A stretch of 64,000 bases of DNA from an uncultured Gammaproteobacteria bacterium (GTDB lineage Bacteria > Patescibacteriota > Patescibacteriia > UBA2591 > UBA6264), in NCBI GenBank assembly GCA_964580825.1, contig CAZOLB010000001.1, positions 3,066 through 67,065 of the forward strand, read 5' to 3'. Positions within the stretch are counted from its first letter, which is position 1, and each line of letters starts with the position of its first letter. Below the pieces are notes generated by a model. That model searched no databases, was not told where the DNA came from, and saw only the letters and a program-made list of their open reading frames with translations. This document shows, piece by piece, positions 1 to 11,469 of the stretch. A program made the translations under genes and the position numbers.

Positions 1-228
1 GAAAGGGGGGGAGATAAAAAATACAGCCAAAAAGCTTTTGAACGGGCACTGGAACTCCTTGATTTAACCATTGAAGATATAAAAAATAAATCAAAATTAA
101 AAGAAATCGTCAGATTGCGCGAAGTTTTAGTTGATTATTTTTTCGGCGACAACCAATACGGTTCTTCCAACCAACTTTGGCATAATTATTTTTACGCTTT
201 TAACTTCGCCGCCAGAAAAAACCGCTAA
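1..228 (+). CDS. C-terminal fragment (75 aa) of an unidentified protein; gene starts upstream of the window
   Basis: Frame 1 is open from nt 1 to a TAA at 226-228 (…KAFERALELLDLTIEDIKNKSKLKEIVRLREVLVDYFFGDNQYGSSNQLWHNYFYAFNFAARKNR*). It is convergent with recA and shares a hairpin terminator. No recognisable family. Confidence 0.3.
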   Translation, partial: ERGGDKKYSQKAFERALELLDLTIEDIKNKSKLKEIVRLREVLVDYFFGDNQYGSSNQLWHNYFYAFNFAARKNR

Positions 229-283
229 AAACTAATTTGCTTCAACAGCGGGCTTACCAATAAAAAAACCAATTTATTAAAAT

Positions 284-316
284 AAAAAAATCCCCTTTAA
301 AAGAGGGTTTTTTTAT
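284..316. terminator. Bidirectional Rho-independent terminator between the 5' partial CDS and recA
   Basis: aaaaaaa-TCCCCTTTaaaAGAGGG-ttttttt: short GC stem flanked by an A-run and a T-run, sitting between two convergent stop codons. Confidence 0.5.
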
Positions 317-335
317 TTAGCTCTATGATTTATCG

Positions 336-1391
336 TTATACTTTATTCTCCGTTTCTTCGGCCATTTTTAAAATATCCCTTTTTAAATCTCGCGCCACTT
401 TTTCATTATCTGTTAAAAATTTCTTGGCGTTTTCCCAACCGACTCCCAATTTATTTTCTCCATAATTCAGGGTATTGCCCGCTTTTTTAATCAAACCATA
501 TTTAGCCCCAAGACTTAATAAATCGCCAGCCCAAGATATCCCTTCATCGTACATGATCTCAAACTCGCAAACCCTGAACGGCGGCGCCACTTTATTTTTA
601 ACCACTTTAGCTTTGACTCTATTTCCGACTATTTGCTCCCCTTTTTTAATTTGAGCCGAACGCCTAAGCTCGACCCTGACCGAAGAATAAAATTTCAACG
701 CCAATCCTCCGGTTGTCGTTTCCGGATTGCCGAAAAAAACGCCAATTTTCATCCGAACCTGATTAATAAATATAACCGCAGTTTTAGTTTTACTGATAAT
801 ACCAGTCAGTTTCCGCAGAGCTTGCGACATCAAGCGCGCTTGAAGACCCATTTGCGAATCCCCCATTTCTCCCTCAATTTCCTTCTGCGGCGTTAAGGCG
901 GCAACTGAATCGACTACAATCACGTCCACGCCATTGGAACGAACCAAGGTTTCCACTATCTCCAACGCTTCTTCTCCACAAGAAGGTTGAGAAATCAATA
1001 AATCATCAATTTTTACGCCAATTTTCTTGGCATATTCGGGATCCAAAGCGTGTTCCGCGTCAATATAAGCCGCCGTACCGCCTTTTTTCTGGGTTTGAGC
1101 AATAATATGAAGAGCCAAAGTCGACTTTCCCGTCATTTCCTGTCCAAAAATTTCGATAATCCTGCCCCGCGGCACACCCCCGACGCCTAAAGCTAAATCT
1201 AAAGAAAAACAACCCGTAGGGATTACGTCCACAACCATTTTCTTCGCTTCTTTTAATTTCATAATACTCCCTTCCCCGAATCTTGACTTAATTTGCTCAA
1301 CAGCCATCTGAGCCGCCTTTTGACGACCATTTTTATTTTCGTCAACAGTAGATTTAGACGCTGAACCATTTTTCTCTTGTTTTTTAACCAT
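336..1391 (-). CDS. recA: Recombinase RecA
   Basis: 351 aa. Walker [10 protein letters not shown], the canonical RecA core (…[12 protein letters not shown]…VDSVAAL…) and L2 loop region give full-length RecA similarity. Confidence 0.95.
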   Translation of the reverse strand: MVKKQEKNGSASKSTVDENKNGRQKAAQMAVEQIKSRFGEGSIMKLKEAKKMVVDVIPTGCFSLDLALGVGGVPRGRIIEIFGQEMTGKSTLALHIIAQTQKKGGTAAYIDAEHALDPEYAKKIGVKIDDLLISQPSCGEEALEIVETLVRSNGVDVIVVDSVAALTPQKEIEGEMGDSQMGLQARLMSQALRKLTGIISKTKTAVIFINQVRMKIGVFFGNPETTTGGLALKFYSSVRVELRRSAQIKKGEQIVGNRVKAKVVKNKVAPPFRVCEFEIMYDEGISWAGDLLSLGAKYGLIKKAGNTLNYGENKLGVGWENAKKFLTDNEKVARDLKRDILKMAEETENKV

Positions 1392-1449
1392 ATAATTAAA
1401 AAATATTTATTATTTTGATTAATTTTATCTTTTCAAAAACTTTTATTTT

Positions 1450-2136
1450 TTATTCTGAATTTCCTTCCCTGTTTTCCGTCATGACTACCCGCCTATAAAT
1501 AACCCTTTCTTTTGAATATTTTTTTTTACCTGAAATTTCAATAATATTCAGTCCGGACAGAAGTTCAATTTTCTCTTTAAAATGACCGTTTATTTGGTCC
1601 ACGAGCTGCTTATTAATATAAATGTCTATTCCCTCTTCGGTCATACCCTCAACCACCAAGGACGAATCATTAGTTACCAAGTCGTCTAAAGGACTAATTA
1701 TCTCAATCTCCGGAACGGACAAAACCCTCATTATATTAAACCCCAAATAAGATAAAATCAAGAAAGTAATCGCCGCTAAAGGAATCGCTTTAGCGCTGAA
1801 TTTTTGAATAAAACGGGGTTTTAAATTTTTTTTAGAAGATTGATGAATTGCGGTAAAACGACTCGGGGCTAAAACTTGAGCGAATTCCCGTTCGAAACGG
1901 CTGGCAATCTCCCGGGAATCAAGACCTAAAAAATCCGCATAAAGAAGAAGCGAGCCGCGAATATGAACCGGGCTCGAAAACTTATGAAAATCATCAGCTT
2001 CTAAAAACTCCAAACATTTGACGGAAATATCCGTTTTTTTTTCAACGTCTTTTAATTTCAAACCTCGGTTGAGACGAGTTTGTTTTAAAATATCGCCAAG
2101 AGTATTACTTTTGATTGCGCGACGGGTAAAGGGCAT
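1450..2136 (-). CDS. RodZ-like membrane protein (N-terminal XRE-type HTH, single TM helix, C-terminal domain)
   Basis: The N-terminus LGDILKQTRLNRGLKLKDVEKKTDISVKCLEFLE is an HTH. It is followed by a juxtamembrane region and a hydrophobic helix (AIPLAAITFLILSYLGF), then a periplasmic-type C-terminal domain. This is the architecture of cytoskeletal protein RodZ. Confidence 0.55.
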   Translation of the reverse strand: MPFTRRAIKSNTLGDILKQTRLNRGLKLKDVEKKTDISVKCLEFLEADDFHKFSSPVHIRGSLLLYADFLGLDSREIASRFEREFAQVLAPSRFTAIHQSSKKNLKPRFIQKFSAKAIPLAAITFLILSYLGFNIMRVLSVPEIEIISPLDDLVTNDSSLVVEGMTEEGIDIYINKQLVDQINGHFKEKIELLSGLNIIEISGKKKYSKERVIYRRVVMTENREGNSE

Positions 2137-2299
2137 AATTAAAAATCAAAAATAAAATATAAAAAATAAAAAACACAAATAAAAAACTATAAAATATTTT
2201 TTATTGAGATGATTACCTTCTCGCTGCCTTCCCATTTCATAAAGTTCTTACGTTTTTACGTCCGTATTTTTTGTTTTTTGTTTTTTATATTTTATATTA

Positions 2300-4444
2300 T
2301 CAATATTCTTCGTCAGAAGAAGATTGAGTATATACTTCTCTTGGCTTGGCGCCGTCCGCCGGACCAATCGTCCCCTCTTCCTCTAATAAATCCAATAAGC
2401 GAGCGGCTCGAGCATAGCCAATCCGCAATCTCCGCTGAAGCAACGAAGCTGACGCTTTGCCAATTTGAAGAATCACCTCGCGAGCCTGAGGCAGCATTTC
2501 ATCCTCTTTTAACTCCCCCTTGGATCCCATAATCATCGACGACTGAGGCTCGATAATTTCTTGATTAAAATTGTATTCCGCCCCTTGAGCTAAATACTCT
2601 GTTAATCTCCCGACTTCTTCGTCGGAAACATAAGCGCCTTGGAGCCTTCTCGGTTTGGAAATTTCCGGCGAAATGAAAAGCATATCTCCCCTCCCCAAGA
2701 GTTTCTCTGCGCCGGCAAAATCCAGAATAGTTCTCGAATCAACCGCCGAAGCCACGGAAAAAGCCACCCTCGAAGTAATATTGGCCTTAATCAGTCCGGT
2801 AATAATATCCACTGACGGCCTTTGAGTCGCCATTACCAAGTGGATGCCCGTCGCTCTGGCCATTTGAGTTAACCTGATAATACAACCCTCGACCTCATGA
2901 GGCGCGGTCATCATTAAATCAGCCAATTCATCGACAATAATGACAATATAAGACAATTTTTTATCGGGATTCGCTTGGTTATAAGCGCTGATATCTCTTT
3001 TTTTGGCTTCGGACATAATCTCAAAACGACGCTCCATTTCGGTAATAGCCCATTTTAAAGCATTGATTGTTTTATCCACCTCAGTAATCACCGGAGTCAA
3101 TAAATGCGCCAAATTATTATAAAGAGTCAATTCGACTTTTTTGGGGTCGACAAGAATAAAACGCAATTCGTCGGCGAAATTTTGATAAACCAAACTGATA
3201 ATGACCGAATTTAAAAATATAGTTTTTCCCGAACCTGTAGCCCCGGCCACCAATAAATGAGGCATTTTCCCTAAATCAGCCAACCAAATATTACCCGAGA
3301 CATCCCGTCCCAAAGCGAGAGTTAGATTCGACTTTCTTTTCTTAAAAACCTCGCTATCCAAAATTTCCCTTAATCTGATAATCGCCACTTTTTGATTGGG
3401 AACTTCAATACCCACAAGAGATTGTCCCGGAATAGGAGCCTCAATACGAATAGGATGAGCAGCTAAAGCCATAGCCAAATCATTGTGAAGGGCGGTAATC
3501 TGAGATAATTTTATCCCCTCGGCCGGCTTTAACGTATATTGAGTAACCGTTGGACCCACTTTAACCTCCCCCATTTCTACCGGAATAGAAAAACTCTCCA
3601 AAGTTTTTTTTATTATCTCTTTATTTTCTCTAATGTCGCCGGCGTTAGGCTTGGTTGAGGTTTGTTCCAAAAGATTAAAAGGAAGATTAACTCTCTGATA
3701 AACTTTGGGAGGGGCGGTTAAAAATTCCTTTTCTTCGCCTTTCTTTTCTTTTTTAATCTTAATTCTAGTGAAAATAGATTCCGATTCTCTTGTTTTTTCG
3801 GCCGTTTCAATCACCTCCGACTGAATAACCATTTTCTTCTTTTTTTTGAAAATTAACAAAATCCTTTTTAGGATTCGGCGGAACGAATTTTCTTCGGTTA
3901 ATACTTCTTCATCGCTTTTACCCTGCCGCGCTTTGATTAAATCGCCAAAAACAATGACCATTAAAACAGCGAAAATGCCGGCAAAAACCACCCAACTAGC
4001 CCAAAACCCGAATGTTCCAACTACAATATAACTTAAACCATACCCAATATATCCGCCGCCTTGAAAATTTTGCAAAGCCGATTTATCATCAACAAAATAA
4101 ATATGCAATACGCCCGCTAAAACCGCCACTAACAAAACCAGCCCTAAAAACCTGCTTCTAAATCTAATTCTTAAATCCCCTTCTTTAAACTTATAATAAT
4201 TAAGACTTAGCAAGCCGGCAATCAACAAAACAATGGGAACAAACCATTTAGCAGCGCCAAAAAGAATCTCCAATCCCAAAACTAAAAATTCGCCGATAAT
4301 ACCCGCTAAATTAAAAAGCCCCAAAATCAGAACAATAGCGGCCGTAATAAAGATAATGGCGAATATCTGTTGTTGGAGTGGTGAAAAACTAAAAAAAATA
4401 GACCTCTTTTTCCTCTCATTTTTATGAGATTTCACTTTGGACAT
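2300..4444 (-). CDS. ftsK: DNA translocase FtsK/SpoIIIE
   Basis: 714 aa. Four or five N-terminal TM helices precede a linker and the FtsK motor domain (LLVAGATGSGKTIFLNSVI Walker A; VDELADLMM Walker B). The C-terminal gamma winged-helix is present (GYARAARLLDLLEEEG). Confidence 0.9.
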   Translation of the reverse strand: MSKVKSHKNERKKRSIFFSFSPLQQQIFAIIFITAAIVLILGLFNLAGIIGEFLVLGLEILFGAAKWFVPIVLLIAGLLSLNYYKFKEGDLRIRFRSRFLGLVLLVAVLAGVLHIYFVDDKSALQNFQGGGYIGYGLSYIVVGTFGFWASWVVFAGIFAVLMVIVFGDLIKARQGKSDEEVLTEENSFRRILKRILLIFKKKKKMVIQSEVIETAEKTRESESIFTRIKIKKEKKGEEKEFLTAPPKVYQRVNLPFNLLEQTSTKPNAGDIRENKEIIKKTLESFSIPVEMGEVKVGPTVTQYTLKPAEGIKLSQITALHNDLAMALAAHPIRIEAPIPGQSLVGIEVPNQKVAIIRLREILDSEVFKKRKSNLTLALGRDVSGNIWLADLGKMPHLLVAGATGSGKTIFLNSVIISLVYQNFADELRFILVDPKKVELTLYNNLAHLLTPVITEVDKTINALKWAITEMERRFEIMSEAKKRDISAYNQANPDKKLSYIVIIVDELADLMMTAPHEVEGCIIRLTQMARATGIHLVMATQRPSVDIITGLIKANITSRVAFSVASAVDSRTILDFAGAEKLLGRGDMLFISPEISKPRRLQGAYVSDEEVGRLTEYLAQGAEYNFNQEIIEPQSSMIMGSKGELKEDEMLPQAREVILQIGKASASLLQRRLRIGYARAARLLDLLEEEGTIGPADGAKPREVYTQSSSDEEY

Positions 4445-4538
4445 AATAATATTTCACCTCAAAATCCAAATAACGAACCATAAAAACGAATTTCAAAAAA
4501 ACGCATTCTTCAACTGTTTAAATCTCAATTATATTTGT

Positions 4539-7500
4539 TTATTGGGATTTTCGCGGTAAAACTGTGGCATACCCCGTTCCCGCCGGAATAAGACGACCAA
4601 CAATAACATTCTCTTTTAATCCCCGCAAATGATCCGCTCTACCGCTGACTGCCGTATTAACCAATATTCTTGAAGTTTCCTGAAATGAAGCCGCTGACAA
4701 CCAACTATCAATCGAAAGGGAAACCCTAGTCACGCCCAGCAATAATTCTTTAGCTTCAGCCGATTTTTTACCCCTTTTTTCGGCCAGTTTATTAACTTCC
4801 AATAAATATGATCTAGGAATCACCTCTCCGGGTAAGAGGTCGGTATCACCGGCGTCTTCGACCAAATATCGCGAAAACATCTGCCGAATGACCACTTCCA
4901 CATGCTTATCATTCAATCTCTGCCCTTGAGAGGAATAAATATATTGAATCTCTTTAAGAATATATTTCTCCACTTCTCTTCTGCCTCTTAGTTCATAAAG
5001 CTCATGTAAATCCAAACTTCCATCTGTTAAGCGTTGTCCTTTAACTACTTTTTCTCCATCCTTGACCCAAACGGAATAACCCGTTATATCATATTCTTCT
5101 TCATTCCCGGAGTCAATCTTTTTGGAAGTACGAGCAGTCTTTTTAAAGGAGGCGGGATTACGATTATTACGACTATATTTGACTATCAATTTCTGTTGGC
5201 CCGGTTCCCGAATAATTTTAATCACTCCGTCATCCAACGCCAAAACGGCTTTTCTTTTAATGGGGCGAACTTCAAAAAGCTCTTGAACCCTAGGCAAACC
5301 CTGAGTAATATCATGGCCGGCCACACCGCCGGTATGGAACGTTCTTAAAGTAAGCTGCGTCCCCGGTTCGCCAATGCTTTGAGCGGCGATAATTCCAACC
5401 GGAGCGCCGACTTTTACCGGTTGATTATATCCCAAATCGTAACCATAACACTGCGAACACACTCCCCTTACCGACTGACAAGTCAAAACCGAACGAATAA
5501 AAACTTCCTCTGGGTCGGCCGCCTCTATTTCTTTAGCTTTTCCCTGGCTAATAATTTCATCGGCTTTAACAATAATTTTTTTTGTTTTAGGGTTTCTAAT
5601 CGGTTGGGCGGCCACTCGACCAAACAATCTTTTTCGCCAACCCTCTCCTATTTCCCGATTATCTTCGCGCGTTACTTTGATGCCCTGAGTATCATGACAA
5701 TCCTTTTCAGTGATAATCACATCCTGACAAACATCGACTATTCTTCTAGTTAAATATCCCGCGCTCGCCGTTCTTAAGGCCGTGTCGGAAACGCCTTTTC
5801 GAGAACCGTGGGTGGAAATAAAAAATTCCAAAACGTTAAATCCTTCTTTAAACGAAGATTTAATGGGCAATTCAATTAAACGCCCGGTCGGCGAAGAAAC
5901 AATTCCTCTCATTCCGAACATCTGGGTAAGTTGCATCCATGAACCTCTAGCCCCCGATTCAACCATAGAAAAAACCGAATTGGAAGCCGGTTGATTTTTT
6001 TTGACCATTTCCGTAATTTTATCCTTGGCCGCGATCCAAACCTCGATACTCTTTAAATAGCGTTCTTGTTCGGACAATAAACCCATCTCGTATTGGGAAC
6101 GAATTTGGTCAATATCTTTCTCCGCTTGCTGAAGAATTTGACTTTTTTCCGGTAAACTCGGCAGGTCGTCCATTCCCCAGGAAAGCCCGGAATGAGTCAA
6201 ATACGAAAGAGTGGTTTCTTTTAAAAGGTCCAAAGATTCGACCGCTTTATCCGTCCCATATTTCTCTATAATATTGACGATAATCTCGTTTAATTTGCTT
6301 TTATTGACTATAGTATCCAAAGAATAAATATCCGGGGGCAAAATCGAGTTAAAAATAACCCTACCGACACTTACTTGCTTAACCTCGCCATTTATTCTGA
6401 CTTTAATTCGTTTTTGCAGACTTATTTTCCCAAGCTGGTAAGCTAAAATCGATTCGCCGACGCTCCCGAAAGTCAACATTTTCGACTTATTATCGGTCTC
6501 GTCTTCAATTGAAGTCATATAATAAGCGCCCCAAATCATATCCTTAGTCGGCGTTACGATCGGTTCGCCAGTGGCCGGTTTTAAAAGATTTTTTGTGGAA
6601 AGGATAATTTCTTTTGCTTCTTGTTGCGCCTTCGCAGTGATCGGCAAATGAACCGCCATTTGGTCGCCGTCAAAATCCGCATTAAAAGCGGCACAAACCA
6701 AAGGATGAATCTGAATTGCCTTACCTTCTATTAAGACTGGCTGGAACGCTTGAACGCCTAAACGATGAAGTGTTGGGGCGCGGTTAAGCAAAACATAAGT
6801 ATTTTTAGTGATTTCTTCCAAAATAGCCCAAACATCATCCGTCCCACTTTCAATCAATCGATTGGCGCTTTTAATATTATGAGTAAAGCCTCTTTCAATA
6901 AGTTTAGCGGCAATAAACGGCTTAAATAATTCAAGAGCCATAATTTTGGGCAAGCCGCACTGATGAAGTTTAAGGCGGGGGCCAACCACGATTACTGAAC
7001 GACCAGAATAATCGACTCTTTTACCAAGTAAATTTTGACGAAAACGACCCTGTTTTCCTTTTAAAATATCGGCTAAAGACTTTAACGAGCGACGCTGACC
7101 AGTGGAAGCAATGGTAGTTTTTCCCGATCTCATTTCGTTGTCTAATAAAGCGTCGACCGCTTCCTGAAGCATCCTTTTTTCATTGCGCAAAATCACCTCC
7201 GGCGCATGTAATTCATAAAGGCGTTTTAAACGATTATTGCGATTAATCACGCGGCGGTATAAATCATTTAAATCCGATGAAGCAAACCGTCCGCCGTCTA
7301 AAGGAACTAAAGGACGAAGATCTGGCGGGATAACCGGTACTATCTTTAAAATCATGTATTCGGGCTTAATTTTATTAACCATAAAATTACGAACATATTT
7401 TAATCTCTGAACTATCTTTTTTTTCTTCATCGGGTTGTCCGTCTCATTTTTTTCTTTTTCCAAATCTCGAGTCAATTCAACTAGATTGATATTTTGAAGG

Positions 7501-8261
7501 AGTTTTAGAACTGCTTCGGCTCCGATATCAGCTTCAAAAATATGACCATATTTCAAAGAAAGATCCCGATATTGCAATTCCGTCAAAAGCTTTTTCGGCT
7601 TCAAATCCATAATTTCCTGCCGCACTTTATGATAATTTTCCATCAATTCTTGACTTTTTAAATCGCCTTCTTTTGAAGTGCTTTCCTTATTTTTTTCTAA
7701 CTCTTTATCAGCTCCCTTAACTGAAAAATTATGACGGATTTGTTTAAGCTCTTTCTCCAAATTTTGGAGCGCCTCTTTTTTAAATTCCTCATTAACTTCG
7801 GTAATAATAAAATTGGCGAAATAAACCACTTTTTCCAAAGATTGAACAGATAAATCTAAAAGTAAACCGACTTTTGAGGGTACGCTTCGCAAAAACCAAA
7901 TATGAGCCACCGGCGCAGCCAAAGTAATATGCCCCATTCTCTCGCGTCTCACTAAACTTCTTGTCACCTCCACGCCGCAACGATCGCAAGTAATTCCTCG
8001 ATAGCGAAGTTTTTTATATTTACCGCAAGCGCATTGCCAATCTCTAACCGGACCAAAAATCTTTTCGCAAAATAACCCATCTCTTTCCGGCTTCCGACTT
8101 CGGTAATTAATCGTTTCCGGCTTGGTTACTTCTCCATGCGACCATTTCAATATCTCCTCCGGCGGCGCCAAACGTAATTTAATAGTGTCGAAATCCAAAG
8201 ACCGACGACGTTTTTCGCCGCTAGGCAAAGTCAAAGTAAAAATTGTCGATGGCGTAGGCAT
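4539..8261 (-). CDS. rpoC: DNA-directed RNA polymerase subunit beta'
   Basis: 1240 aa. Zn-binding CxxC…CxxC near the N-terminus and the catalytic NADFDGDQM motif are present, with full-length similarity. Confidence 0.97.
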   Translation of the reverse strand: MPTPSTIFTLTLPSGEKRRRSLDFDTIKLRLAPPEEILKWSHGEVTKPETINYRSRKPERDGLFCEKIFGPVRDWQCACGKYKKLRYRGITCDRCGVEVTRSLVRRERMGHITLAAPVAHIWFLRSVPSKVGLLLDLSVQSLEKVVYFANFIITEVNEEFKKEALQNLEKELKQIRHNFSVKGADKELEKNKESTSKEGDLKSQELMENYHKVRQEIMDLKPKKLLTELQYRDLSLKYGHIFEADIGAEAVLKLLQNINLVELTRDLEKEKNETDNPMKKKKIVQRLKYVRNFMVNKIKPEYMILKIVPVIPPDLRPLVPLDGGRFASSDLNDLYRRVINRNNRLKRLYELHAPEVILRNEKRMLQEAVDALLDNEMRSGKTTIASTGQRRSLKSLADILKGKQGRFRQNLLGKRVDYSGRSVIVVGPRLKLHQCGLPKIMALELFKPFIAAKLIERGFTHNIKSANRLIESGTDDVWAILEEITKNTYVLLNRAPTLHRLGVQAFQPVLIEGKAIQIHPLVCAAFNADFDGDQMAVHLPITAKAQQEAKEIILSTKNLLKPATGEPIVTPTKDMIWGAYYMTSIEDETDNKSKMLTFGSVGESILAYQLGKISLQKRIKVRINGEVKQVSVGRVIFNSILPPDIYSLDTIVNKSKLNEIIVNIIEKYGTDKAVESLDLLKETTLSYLTHSGLSWGMDDLPSLPEKSQILQQAEKDIDQIRSQYEMGLLSEQERYLKSIEVWIAAKDKITEMVKKNQPASNSVFSMVESGARGSWMQLTQMFGMRGIVSSPTGRLIELPIKSSFKEGFNVLEFFISTHGSRKGVSDTALRTASAGYLTRRIVDVCQDVIITEKDCHDTQGIKVTREDNREIGEGWRKRLFGRVAAQPIRNPKTKKIIVKADEIISQGKAKEIEAADPEEVFIRSVLTCQSVRGVCSQCYGYDLGYNQPVKVGAPVGIIAAQSIGEPGTQLTLRTFHTGGVAGHDITQGLPRVQELFEVRPIKRKAVLALDDGVIKIIREPGQQKLIVKYSRNNRNPASFKKTARTSKKIDSGNEEEYDITGYSVWVKDGEKVVKGQRLTDGSLDLHELYELRGRREVEKYILKEIQYIYSSQGQRLNDKHVEVVIRQMFSRYLVEDAGDTDLLPGEVIPRSYLLEVNKLAEKRGKKSAEAKELLLGVTRVSLSIDSWLSAASFQETSRILVNTAVSGRADHLRGLKENVIVGRLIPAGTGYATVLPRKSQ

Positions 8262-8268
8262 AATCTTT

Positions 8269-11200
8269 TTATAATTCCACTTTCTTCCCCTCCTTTGTCA
8301 TTTCAACATTTAAACACAAACCTTTAAGTTCGCGAACTAAAACGCTAAACGATTCAGGAATATTAATCTCTTTAACCGCTTCCCCTTTAATTATCGACTC
8401 ATACGCCTTACTTCGCCCAATAACGTCATCTGATTTAATCGTCAGCATTTCCTGTAGCGTGTAAGCGGCGCCATATCCTTCCAGTGCCCACACTTCCATC
8501 TCGCCAAATCTCTGACCGCCAAACTGGGCCTTGCCACCCAATGGTTGTTGAGTAATTAGAGAATACGGGCCAATGGAACGCTGATGGATTTTATCTTCAA
8601 CTAAATGATTAAGTTTAATCACATAAATATAACCGACAGTAACGGGCTCGATGAATGGCTCGCTACTCCGTCCGTCGTAAAGAGCAACCTTACCGGTTGA
8701 AGAAAAACCCGCTCTAACTAATTCTTGTTTGATTTTTTCTTCGTTTATTCCATTTAAAACCGGCGTTGCCACTTTATAGCCCAACTTCTTAGCCGCTAAA
8801 CCCAAATGTGTTTCCAAAATCTGTCCCAAATTCATTCTTGAAACGACTCCCAAAGGATTGAGAATAATATCAACCGGTGTCCCATCCTCCAAATACGGCA
8901 TATCTTCTTGGGGGATTATCATGGAAATAACTCCTTTATTTCCATGCCGGCCGGCTACTTTATCGCCTACCTGAATTTTCCGCATATCCGCAACCAAAAC
9001 ATGAATTGATTTAATAACGCCTGGCGGCAATTTATCTCCTTTCTCTCGAGAAAATACTTTTATACCAATCACCTTGCCATGCTCCCCATGTTCAAGATAA
9101 AGAGAAGAATCCCGCACATCGCGGGCCTTTTCCCCAAAAATCGCCCGTAAAAGTTTTTCCTCAGCGGTCAATTCAGCTTCGCCTCGAGGAGTAATTTTCC
9201 CCACTAAAATATCGCCTGACTTAACCTCGGCGCCGATTCTAATTATTCCCTCTTCATCCAAATTTCTCAATTTCTCTTCACTGACATTAGGTATATCGCA
9301 AGTGGTCATTTCCGGTCCGAATTTTGTTTCCCGAATATCAACCGCGTGTTCATCTATATGAATAGAAGTAAATTCATCATTTTGAACCACTCGCGATGAA
9401 ATCAAAATCGCGTCTTCATAATTTCCCCCCTCCCAGGCCATAAAAGCCACTAAAATATTCTGTCCCAAAGCCAATTCTCCATCTTCAATTGAAGAATCCT
9501 GGGCTAGAATATCACCGGCTCTGAATTTCTGATTTTTAGCTATCGCCGGACGTTGATTAAAACAAGTATCAAAATTTGAACGCTGATACTTATTAAGATA
9601 GTAAATTTCTGTTTTGCCCGAATTAAAAACAACGGAAACATGACTGGCATCAACCTCTTTAACCCGGCCACTTTCGGGAGCGATAATCAAATGACCGCTA
9701 TCCCACGCCACCCTGCTTTCAACGCCAGTACCAACAATTGGCGAGTGAGGTTTAATTAAAGGAACGGCCTGTCTCTGCATATTAGTTCCCATCAAAGCCC
9801 TAACTCCGTCATCATGCTCTAAAAACGGTATCAGAGAAGTGGCGATACTGACGATTTGATTGGCCGCTACGTCGATAAATTCCACTTCCTCCGCCCGACA
9901 AAATCCCGGCCGACCATAAATCCTCGCCTCTACCTTGTTTTCTAAAATTTTTCCCTTTTTGTCAATTTGAACGGAAAAGGGAGCTAAAATATGCTGATCC
10001 TCTTCATAAGCGGTCAAATAAACAATTTTTCCGGTTAATTTTTTATTTTTTATTTCTCTATAAGGAGTTTCAATAAACCCATATTCATTAAGGCGGGCGT
10101 AACAAGAAAGATGTCCAACCAGCCCAACATTTGGACCTTCTGGCGTGGCAATCGGACAAATTTTTCCATAAAAAGTCCGATGGACATCGCGAACTTCAAA
10201 ACCAGCCCTTTCGCGCGTCAAACCTCCCGGACCAACCACGGTCAATCTTCTTTTATGTTCCAACTCTGAGAGCAAATTTGTCTGATCCATAAACTGCGAC
10301 AACGGAGAGGACATAAAAAATTCTTTAACCACGCCGGCAATCGGCCGAATATTAATCAATTGGCCAGGAGATAAAATCTTGTTTTCCACAACACTCATCC
10401 TGTCCTTGATAATGCGTTGAAGTCGAAGCATCCCTACTCGCATTCTATTTTGAACTAATTCGCCTACAGCTTTAATTCTCCTATTAGACAAATGGTCTAT
10501 GTCATCCGGAGAAGATTGTTCAGTATTGAGTCGAACCAATTCATTAATAATGGCGACTAAATCCTCGCGACGAATTACTTTATCGTCTATTTTTTGACTA
10601 AAACCCAAACGTTGATTCATTTTATACCGTCCCACCCCGCTTAAGCTATAACGATTAGAACGGAAAAACATGGCGTAAATTAACGACTTAGCATTATCAA
10701 CCGTGGCTAAATCGCCCGGTCTAATTTTTCTGTAAACTTCAATTAATCCTTCTTCTTCAGAAGAGGAAGGATCTTTTTCCAAAGTCGCCTTGATATAATC
10801 GAGGATCGGGGGTTCTTTTTTGTCAGTGGCAATTTTCGACGCCGACGCGGACATCTCGGTTTTAGACGAAAAAACTTTCAAAATTTCTTTATCGGATCCT
10901 AAGCCGAAAACTCGCAAAAGAGCCGTCACTGCCGTTTTTCTTTGGCGATCAATTCTCGCCCAAATAACATTATGGGCGTCGGTTTCAAATTCAAGCCAAG
11001 CGCCTCTATCGGGAATAATTTTGGCGCTGTAAAAAAGTCGCCCCTTGATCGACTCAGCTGAAAAAAATACGCCGGGCGACCTAATAAGTTGCTGGATAAC
11101 AACTCTTTCAATCCCATTAATAATAAAAGTTCCTCTTTCGGTCATTAGAGGAATATCGCCAAAATAAACATCTTGATCGACTTTTTTACCAGTCCGTTTA

Positions 11201-11469
11201 TTAATTAAACGCACCTTTATATTTAAAGGTGCTTCAAATGTTAAATTCCTATTTCGGCTGGTAATCTCGTCAAATTTGGGCGTGCCCAGATAACAGTTCA
11301 AAAAATGCAGCTCAAAATTCCGACCAACCAAATCCTCGACGGGAGAAAACTCTTTTATCAACTCTTTTAATCCTCTTTTTAAAAACCAAGCATACGAAGA
11401 TTTTTGAATCTCCGTTAAATCGGGCAAGGGTAGATTAAAGGACGTATCCGAGAAAAATATGCGCTCCAT
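8269..11469 (-). CDS. rpoB: DNA-directed RNA polymerase subunit beta
   Basis: 1066 aa with conserved RpoB blocks (…GFEVRDVH…, …NMQRQAVPL…, C-terminal …GGQRFGEMEVWALE…). It lies immediately upstream of rpoC in the same orientation. Confidence 0.97.
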   Translation of the reverse strand: MERIFFSDTSFNLPLPDLTEIQKSSYAWFLKRGLKELIKEFSPVEDLVGRNFELHFLNCYLGTPKFDEITSRNRNLTFEAPLNIKVRLINKRTGKKVDQDVYFGDIPLMTERGTFIINGIERVVIQQLIRSPGVFFSAESIKGRLFYSAKIIPDRGAWLEFETDAHNVIWARIDRQRKTAVTALLRVFGLGSDKEILKVFSSKTEMSASASKIATDKKEPPILDYIKATLEKDPSSSEEEGLIEVYRKIRPGDLATVDNAKSLIYAMFFRSNRYSLSGVGRYKMNQRLGFSQKIDDKVIRREDLVAIINELVRLNTEQSSPDDIDHLSNRRIKAVGELVQNRMRVGMLRLQRIIKDRMSVVENKILSPGQLINIRPIAGVVKEFFMSSPLSQFMDQTNLLSELEHKRRLTVVGPGGLTRERAGFEVRDVHRTFYGKICPIATPEGPNVGLVGHLSCYARLNEYGFIETPYREIKNKKLTGKIVYLTAYEEDQHILAPFSVQIDKKGKILENKVEARIYGRPGFCRAEEVEFIDVAANQIVSIATSLIPFLEHDDGVRALMGTNMQRQAVPLIKPHSPIVGTGVESRVAWDSGHLIIAPESGRVKEVDASHVSVVFNSGKTEIYYLNKYQRSNFDTCFNQRPAIAKNQKFRAGDILAQDSSIEDGELALGQNILVAFMAWEGGNYEDAILISSRVVQNDEFTSIHIDEHAVDIRETKFGPEMTTCDIPNVSEEKLRNLDEEGIIRIGAEVKSGDILVGKITPRGEAELTAEEKLLRAIFGEKARDVRDSSLYLEHGEHGKVIGIKVFSREKGDKLPPGVIKSIHVLVADMRKIQVGDKVAGRHGNKGVISMIIPQEDMPYLEDGTPVDIILNPLGVVSRMNLGQILETHLGLAAKKLGYKVATPVLNGINEEKIKQELVRAGFSSTGKVALYDGRSSEPFIEPVTVGYIYVIKLNHLVEDKIHQRSIGPYSLITQQPLGGKAQFGGQRFGEMEVWALEGYGAAYTLQEMLTIKSDDVIGRSKAYESIIKGEAVKEINIPESFSVLVRELKGLCLNVEMTKEGKKVEL

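Noticed and set aside
633-896. 87-aa plus-strand ORF inside recA
   Set aside because: It is entirely antisense to a well-supported recA frame, low-complexity, and has no start context. It is a shadow ORF.
5034-5994. Three plus-strand ORFs (104, 124, 70 aa) inside rpoC
   Set aside because: They are antisense to a highly conserved gene, with no motifs. They are typical shadow ORFs of a long gene.
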